The notes beneath the pieces are model-generated. The model saw only the letters and a program-made list of their open reading frames with translations. It was not told the DNA's origin and made no database searches. The translations under genes and the position numbers were made by a program. This document shows positions 56,701 to 64,000 of a stretch of DNA of 64,000 bases, piece after piece. Every line of letters begins with the position of its first letter. Within the stretch, counting starts at the first letter, position 1. Source of the DNA: Selaginella moellendorffii (taxonomy: Eukaryota; Plantae; Lycopodiophyta); NCBI RefSeq assembly GCF_000143415.4, contig NW_003314286.1, forward strand, positions 1,673,718 through 1,737,717, written 5' to 3'.

Positions 56701-58641
56701 AATGAGCTGAAGATGAGAAAGCTTCACACGGTCCTTTGCAGGCTTAGCGTGCTTGTTCCGGCGCAACCATTCTCTGCATGCGGTCGCTAGTGACATGTAC
56801 GGCTTCCCCTCCGGGGAGATATAAAACGGCTCCTTTGCTGTTCTGCTAAATCGTTCTCTCAGTCTGTGGCAAACTGTCCAGCCTGATTCGAAGAGGAGTT
56901 TTCTGGCTTTATCTCGTGCCACTGCCAATACTGTACCCTTGGAAGAAATAGATGAATCTTGACTCGCCCAGTGCCTCGAGTTTTTAGTACTGCGGGTGCA
57001 TGCCTCGTCGTCCTTGGCTTGTGCCTCCTCAATCAGCTCGGTAGCGTCTACTAGCTTGCGATAGGAACGACGACGGGTTACCTCGATTGAAACTGGCTCA
57101 CACAACATTTTCCTGGCAGAGTGATTCTTGTTCCCTTCTGTTTCTTCTCCCTCAGACAAGATTTCCCTCGCAGAGCGACTCTTGTTGCCTACTGTTTCTT
57201 CTCCCCCACACAAGATTTTCCTGGCAGAGTGACTCTTGTTCCCAACTGCTTCTTCTCCCTCACATAAGATTTTCCTGCCAGAGTGACTCTTGCTACCTAC
57301 TGCTTCTTCTCCTTTGGATCCCATCAACTCTAGACGCAGCATTTCAAGCTTGGTAGCGAGAGGGGTTAGGCCACTCCTCATTATCATCGCTTGTATATTA
57401 TCCACCTGATTATCTCCTCCAACATGGTTTCCCGCTTCTTCAGAAATTAAACCGGAACCTGCGACTTGGGAACCCCCCTGCAGCTTATCCCTTCCAGATT
57501 CTAGTTTACTCTGCTGTTTCTTCTGGCTTCCATTAGTCTGCTGTTCCTTCTGCTTTTCCCCCTCACGGCCAGCATTCGTTGAATCATCCGCATCGTTTCC
57601 ATTCCCTGGACAAATGCCATCATCCGCTTCTGGAAGCTTGACAATCCTGGAAGGCAGCTTTTTTCTGTGTCTCGTACACCACGCATAGATTGTCTCGTCA
57701 TCATCAGTATCCGACATACTCTCGTCCCTTTTCCGCTTTCCCATGTCGTTCACCACAAGAATTCCAGACGAAGTATCCCCGGACTGTTTGGGCTTGACTG
57801 CGAAAGTCCTCTTGACACGTATCTTCCTCCCCTCGATCAGAGCCAGATCTGTCCACTGTCCCTTCTGCCTCCAGGTTCCAGTAGTACTATCCCATTCTTG
57901 AGAAACCCGTAGATTTTGCCTGCCAAATCCCCTCCTGTCTCCTTCATCGGGGAAGAACACCTGCATGTCCTCGTCCGGAAGTTGGACATTGTCCATGAGC
58001 ACGCCTTCCCACCAAGCATCCCCGTAGAAGGCATCGACCCAAAGACCCCGTTGCCAGACTTCCTGTGTTTTCCCTGTAAGTGGAGGTGGCCGCGGCCTCA
58101 AGAGAACCTCCAAGCCTTCTCTAAATGGAACATACTCTTGAAAGTGTGGCGAGCCATCTCTAGCGAGCAACTTCTCATACTCAACCAGCCCACGACCAGA
58201 GTCGATCTTCACTACTTTGGCTGGATGCCACGATCCTCTATAGCCGGTGGCCCTGTGTCTCACCTGTTGTAGATCCCACTTGATAAGAAAGAAAAAAAGG
58301 AGGGAGAGAAGACATGAGTTCTACGAGCATACCTCTACAAGCGTGCCGAGTAACGATCCACCATCGCTGCTGCTACCGTTTTGTGAATCCAACTCCGCCA
58401 CTGCGTCAATCCAATCATCGCGATCAATCCAATGGATAACAAACCTAGCAAGGAAAAGAAAAGGAGCGTTACCTGGAGGAGTATCATTCACCATTTCATC
58501 GGGAGCTGGGACACCATCCCCGACGCTGTTACATTCTCCCAAGCCAGCCCAATCGCCCTTCACATTACTCGCGGATCCCGCTATCAGATTATCTACCTCT
58601 GCGAAGCCATTGCCACAGGCGCTGTGAGGCAAAGATCCCAT
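53799..58641 (-). CDS. IDM1/ROS4-like chromatin protein A: Agenet/Tudor - PHD - GNAT acetyltransferase
   Basis: [11 protein letters not shown] and [12 protein letters not shown] (Agenet); FSWLID...DGILCNCC...FQAHAG; [28 protein letters not shown] (PHD); [20 protein letters not shown]|VHG...[21 protein letters not shown] and LVLPA...TWTSAFGF (GNAT). Confidence 0.88.
54592..54728 (-). repeat. Coding tandem repeat (3 x [13 protein letters not shown])
   Basis: Three near-identical 42-54-bp units are visible. Confidence 0.85.
57094..57312 (-). repeat. 54-bp coding tandem repeat (4 x [18 protein letters not shown])
   Basis: Four 18-aa units in the 804-aa ORF. Confidence 0.9.
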
Positions 58642-59112
58642 CCCACTGCTAGCAGCCAAGATTCCCGCATTGCATCCCCTCCCACCGAGACCTAAAAATC
58701 AATCCCGCGATTTCTTCCCGCCGCGGATCAGGCCCTAGCTTCCCTCCTGCTGCTGCATTGCGACTGCTCTACCATCCAATCCCGAAATACCGATCGATCT
58801 TCCTCGCGCGCGCTATCCCCACGCACAGCTAAAATATCCAGCGCCTAACCCTGCGAGCTCCCACTGCGACCGAGCTCCAAGACCCAAGGGCGCGCCAATC
58901 CCCTCCCTCGCCCACGAAGTAACAATGGCTATGGAGTCCCAAGGGCACCTGTCCTTGGCCAAGTCCCAGTGTGAACACAAACGGAGTCTAGACCTTTCCG
59001 CTGACCGCAGGATGCATGGATCCAACGGTGCACAGCAAAATAAGCGATCTAACGGCCTTTTCTTTTTCTTTCTCTTTTTTTCTTCTTGTCCATTGAATGA
59101 AAAACTCCTGTA

Positions 59113-62100
59113 TCAACACTCACATTCTTCTTCGTACTCCCAAGTGAAATTCTCGGTTGAGTTTTGGTGCTGTTTCTTCTTCGATCGAATGCCGCAAGCA
59201 TTGCACAAGTGCTGAAACCACGAAAACAGTGAATGATCGAAAGGAGGAAGAAAAAACGAGATTTTGAGACTACCTTAATACCTCCTGGATCTTTTCTCCA
59301 CATCGGTGTCTCGCTGGTTCCACAGGTAACGCACGTCTTTCCCTTCATCCTGGAGAGAAAGACGAGCTCGTCGCTCTTGTTCTCCGGAGTAGCCTGCTGT
59401 TGCTCCAAAGTTTCTTTTGGATCCACCACCACGGCGTGGCTGTTCTCTTCTTCTCTCGTCTCGTTGTTTGAGGACGCGAGCTCTACGATCTCCGAGCCGC
59501 TGGCCGTGGGAGCAGCGCCGAGCTCCGCGCTGTCTAGAACGATATGTGACGATCCCAGCTTTAGAAACGATAACTCGCTGGTGTTCTCCACCTCCTCCGT
59601 TTCTTCCGCTGCGTCTTCCGGCGGCTGAAACTTCTTGTTTGTGAGCGTCTTCAAAGCCTCGGCCACTCTTTTCGATGTTTTCACCTGGAAGGACAGTCTC
59701 ATCGCCGTTAAACCAGATATAAAACACACGAGCTTACCAGCCGGTTCGATCTCGTTTTGGCAACAACTATCCTCGAGTCCTCTGTGGGTCCTTCCTTCAA
59801 GGCTGGAACTTCCTCTTGGAGAAGAGCCACTGCATTACCAGGCTCTGGCAAAACAGGCGTCGGAGTTCCAACTTCTTTGCTGATTTCTTCTGTTTTCGGT
59901 GCTGGATGTTTCTGTTGTTTAGGCTTCCTCCTCGGCTCCGGTTCAAGTCCCATATGCAACTTGCTGCCTGGCGCCCAGGGCTTCTCCGCTGTAACGCAAT
60001 ACTTTCGTGTCAGATCCATCTGAAAAAGAGAGATTTTCTACCTAGAGGTGGCGCAATCTTTCGGCACAAATTCAACCACGTCAGAGGTTTCTGCAAAACT
60101 TTCGTTCCCGGAAATCCAACAATGCTCAGCTCCAGGAGCCGGACTGATTGGAAAGGCGAGACTTTCTGAAAGCCGAAAGCACCGATCCAAGTGTCTAGAA
60201 GCTCGGGAACCGCCGGCAAAACCAATGTATGTACATTCAGTGATCTGAGCACCTAGGAAATATGTGTCACTATTAGCTCCAAGGAAACAAAGAAGAACAG
60301 AGTAACCATACCTGCTCGATCACCTCCAAAAGCCGCCGGCACATTCCTTGCCTACGATATTGAAGCCGCGTTCCAATCAGTGGCATCTCCGCAATACTGG
60401 TGCCATGAACTCTACCAAAATAACAGCAACAGTCGGCAAACAGAGCTCAAACAAACGACCAAACACAGACCTAACAGCAGCAACTGATATGAGCTCATCT
60501 TTGTTGTTTTCCAAGAGGATGGTGTAAAATCCACGAAAATCCAGCCTTTTCACATCGGCACTGCAACCATATCTCAGATTGATGAGAGTCATGTAAACCC
60601 AAGGAAAAAACACAGCTCAAACCTTCGATTCTTCAAAATATGAGCAATTATGTCGATTTTGCTCCGGGGATCAATCATGGGCGAGAAGCACTCTCGCATC
60701 ACGCTAAGAGCGAGGGCAATTTTACTACAGTGTGCGGTTACCGTTTCCATATCCGCATCCTCGTCAAGGTCCGCGGAACGGAGAAGGGTCCAACTAAATC
60801 CTCCGTCCATGGGGCTCGTTTTTCCGACGAGTTCTCTAAGGCCACAGAAGATCTGCACGCGTCCAAAGTGACAACAATGTTTCCCCAAGCATCACAAAAA
60901 CTTTTTGATCGTACCTTTCGACACGTTTGGCTACAGAAACGACTTGAAGCAAAAGACGCGCCTCCGTCGTTGAGACACTCGACATGATCTGCAGATAGAC
61001 AGCGTGATTTAGCTCACAGATTTTTCTTTTTATTCTACTCACAGTTACGTTCGCATTGGGTGCAATATAAAACTTCGCGCCCATCGAACTGACCAGCGCC
61101 ACAAACAGGACAGCGGCACCTCGGACAGAACCAATCTCCTTCCGGAAGGCTCTATAGAAGAGAAACAGCCGAGTTACTCGCTTCTGACAAGAGATATCCA
61201 CAAGAGGTAGATTACCTTTAGCAGAATACAATGGAGGTGGAACGTTGCTGGGCAGTGATCACAGCATATGAGCTGACCACCCTCTCCGCAGAGACCGCAA
61301 CATTCATCACTTTCATCCACGGTAAGCTGCCCGTTCGCAGGCTCATCGCACTTCGCTTGCTCTATCTTCTTGAGGGCCTGCTTCTGGCACTCAAGCACAG
61401 AGCGGCCATCTTCCAGAGTTAGCAGTGCGGCCGTCCTGTGAACTTCATCGCCTGCGTGAACCTGGAAGCTCGTCATGCTAAACACCTCGTTGCAGCACTT
61501 GCACAAGATTCCATCGCGACTGATCACCCCACTCGCAACTTGGTTTGAGTCCTTGTTCACGTATGAGACCGCAGCGCCCTCTGATAAGATTTCTCCGTCT
61601 ATAAGCCAGGAGAAAATCGACATGCGCTTGTTGGCCTTCTCGTCTCCGCCATCCTGCTTCCCCCTATCTGGAGCCAACAAAAGAGCGTTCAGCCTTGGCC
61701 GTTCGCTCTTCTTGGACTTCATTGACGGGTCCAGTTTCTTCGATGCCCTCAACCTCCTCTTTCCGCCATTTGAATCAGGTAGCAGCTCCCCAGGCTTCCT
61801 TCTCACGATTATTTGAAGCTGATACGAGTGCATGGCGTCCCTCACAGGCTTGGGGACGTTTTTGTTCTGCTGCATCCAAGCCTTGCATGCCGAAGTCAGC
61901 GAGTGATAGCTAGTCCCATCCGGTGAGATGTAGTAGGCCTCATTGGAAACTCGACTCTCTCGATGTCTCTCTCTGTAACCCTTCTTCCAGCCGGACTCCT
62001 CAAGGTTCTTGATCGCATTCTCGCGAGCGGCCTTGAGTGACTCCTCTCTCCGGCTGTAATCAATGGGAACCTTCTGCCTCTTGAGCATTCGCGAAAGAGC

Positions 62101-63104
62101 CAGTCTGTTCCGCTCGACATTCACGTCGTGAGCAGAATGAAAGCTCCCCTGGCTGCTGCTATCCATCGTGCACAAGGCACGCTCGCTACAACTCCCGTCA
62201 ACTTTGTCGTCCTCGCTAACCTTGTGCTCGTCTCCAAACAACGAATCCTCCGCCTGCGTGTTTATGCAGCACACAGGAATCGACAGCGTCCTTGTGAGGC
62301 AGTAACCTTCGCCGTCGCCGTCCGGCTGGAACGTACGTGAATTATCCGGCTTCAAATCACTGTCTTCCATCCACTCGGGCTCTAACGACTCGTTCTTGAC
62401 ATCCACCACCAAGTCTGAGGAAGCACCAGTCTGAAGAGCTTCCGGTTGAATCCCATCGAGTTCCTGCTTTACTTGAACTTCCTTCTTCGGTTTCTTGGCC
62501 TCGGGTTCCACGCTCTCCACTTCTTTCCGCTTCTTCTTCCGCTGAAAGGTCTTTTGAGGCTTCGAAAACCTGCTAATTCCAGCGTCAACCACGCCGTCCA
62601 AAGCCCCGCAACCCCTGCCACTCCACGCATTTGTTGAAGCATCCCATGCCTGGGATACCCTCAAACTATCCACACTAAACTCCTGCTTCTCCCCGTCATC
62701 CGGGAAGAACACCTGTACATGCGTCGAGAAGACCCCGGGAACGTCCAGCAGCAGGCCTTCTCGCCAAGAATCGTCGAATGCCTCTACGCGGAGCCCCCTC
62801 TGCCAGTCTCCACGACACATTTCCGAGCGATCCGGCGGTCTTGGTCTCACCCGACTGGATGCCTCGGAATTCCTGCCTAGAGAAATCGATTCTTTCCCAC
62901 CAGAATCGTACTCCACTATCCTAATTCTAGCTCGGGCCTCCACAACCTTTGCCGGGCACCAGCAAATTCGCGTTCCATTCTTCCTGACCTGTGCTTCGAA
63001 AATATTCCCCCGCTAGAACCTCGGAAGAAGAGAAGCAAGAAAGCGCTTACCTCGACAAGCTCCCCGGCAAGAAAGCGAGAATCGTCGCACACATCCACCT
63101 CCAT
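59113..63104 (-). CDS. IDM1/ROS4-like chromatin protein B: Agenet - PHD - GNAT plus C-terminal GATA-type zinc finger
   Basis: Same motif series as paralog A ([74 protein letters not shown]). Further exons give AEKPW...[10 protein letters not shown]|VKTSK...[22 protein letters not shown]|HLCNACGIR. The exact stop is uncertain. Confidence 0.8.
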
Positions 63105-63698
63105 CGCTCGCGCTCCTGCTGCCGCTGCATGCAATGCCGCATGCCCTAGCTCCGAAAACCCTGGAGATCTTTCGCCCGCCTCTCCAGCGGCCGGGCCTTC
63201 CAGCTGCACGCCGCGACGCGCTGGTCCCGCAGCGGCAGCACAATCGCTCGTCCCAGAGAAAGAAGATTTTAGGGTTTATCAAGTTATCCCAAGAACCCTA
63301 AATTTCCGAGGAGTTGGGATGATCTCCGTCATTTGCGGTTGGGAAGAACCCATCGATCGATGCGCCGGGTAAGCTGCGCTAGGGCGACGGGGAAATTCGC
63401 CGCCAGCAGCCACCTCCCCGTCAATGGCCGCTATCAAGCAATCAATCCATCGCGAGAGAGCTCCAGAAAATCATCGAGCTCACGCGATCCTCCGGATTAG
63501 CGCGTGCCAGAGCGACCCCACTGCGCTGCTCTCGCTAGCTCCACACGTGCTTGCTGGATCTATCAATCAATCCATCCATCCATCAATCTAAACGTATTTG
63601 CTTCTTCGTCTTCTTCTTCTCTTTCCCCCTCCTGGTCGTCGCCAGAAACCTCGCAACGGGATTTCCTCCATACCACATTCCCAGAAAACGAAGAAAGC

Positions 63699-63732
63699 GA
63701 GAGAGAGGAGAGAGAGAGAGAGAGAGAGAGAG
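63699..63732. repeat. (GA)n microsatellite / GAGA element
   Basis: Directly visible GA run upstream of the IDM1-like gene B. Confidence 0.9.
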
Positions 63733-64000
63733 GGAGGACAGGGAGGGACGCTTCTTCTTCCTCTCAGCTAGCTATTTAAGGCCGTATAGGTAGCTCTCCT
63801 CCTTCCCAGGTAAATCCGCCATAGCTCCAAGCTCAAACTCATAAGCTAATCAAATCAAGGAAGAGCACCACACCACCTTTGCTTTCTTTCCCGTTTCCTT
63901 CGAGTTTCTTTGCTTCCATCCGAGGAGATTTTGTCGCTTGAACGTGTCCCAAGTAAATGCCCGGCGAGAAGCTAGCGAAACCATTAACCTTAGACTGCTG

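Overview
Eukaryotic, very compact land-plant nuclear DNA. Introns of about 45-70 nt, intergenic gaps often under 150 bp, GC3-rich intronless genes and several PLS-type PPR genes suggest a lycophyte such as Selaginella (inference, not verified). I can support about 21 apparently intact protein-coding genes, 3 clustered tRNA-Val genes, a U5 snRNA gene nested in an intron, a Copia remnant and microsatellites. A roughly 7-kb block (F-box tail / L-type lectin receptor kinase / ARP7 / COP1-like) is present in three decaying tandem copies at about 33.0-49.7 kb. The most striking candidate novelty is a five-exon gene at 12633-14906 (-). It encodes signal peptide + canonical EF-hand + hidden-EF-like segment + SAM domain, which aligns motif-by-motif with the luminal Ca2+-sensor module of animal STIM as I recall it. 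This is followed by FN3, a membrane segment and a cytosolic FYVE/AN1-like zinc finger. Other notable items: a RING-PUF-like-RING protein, an IDM1-like acetyltransferase fused to a GATA finger, operon-like same-strand gene chains with 31-80 bp spacers, and a His-free type-4-like metallothionein. All gene models were spliced by eye, and family calls rest on remembered motifs rather than database searches.
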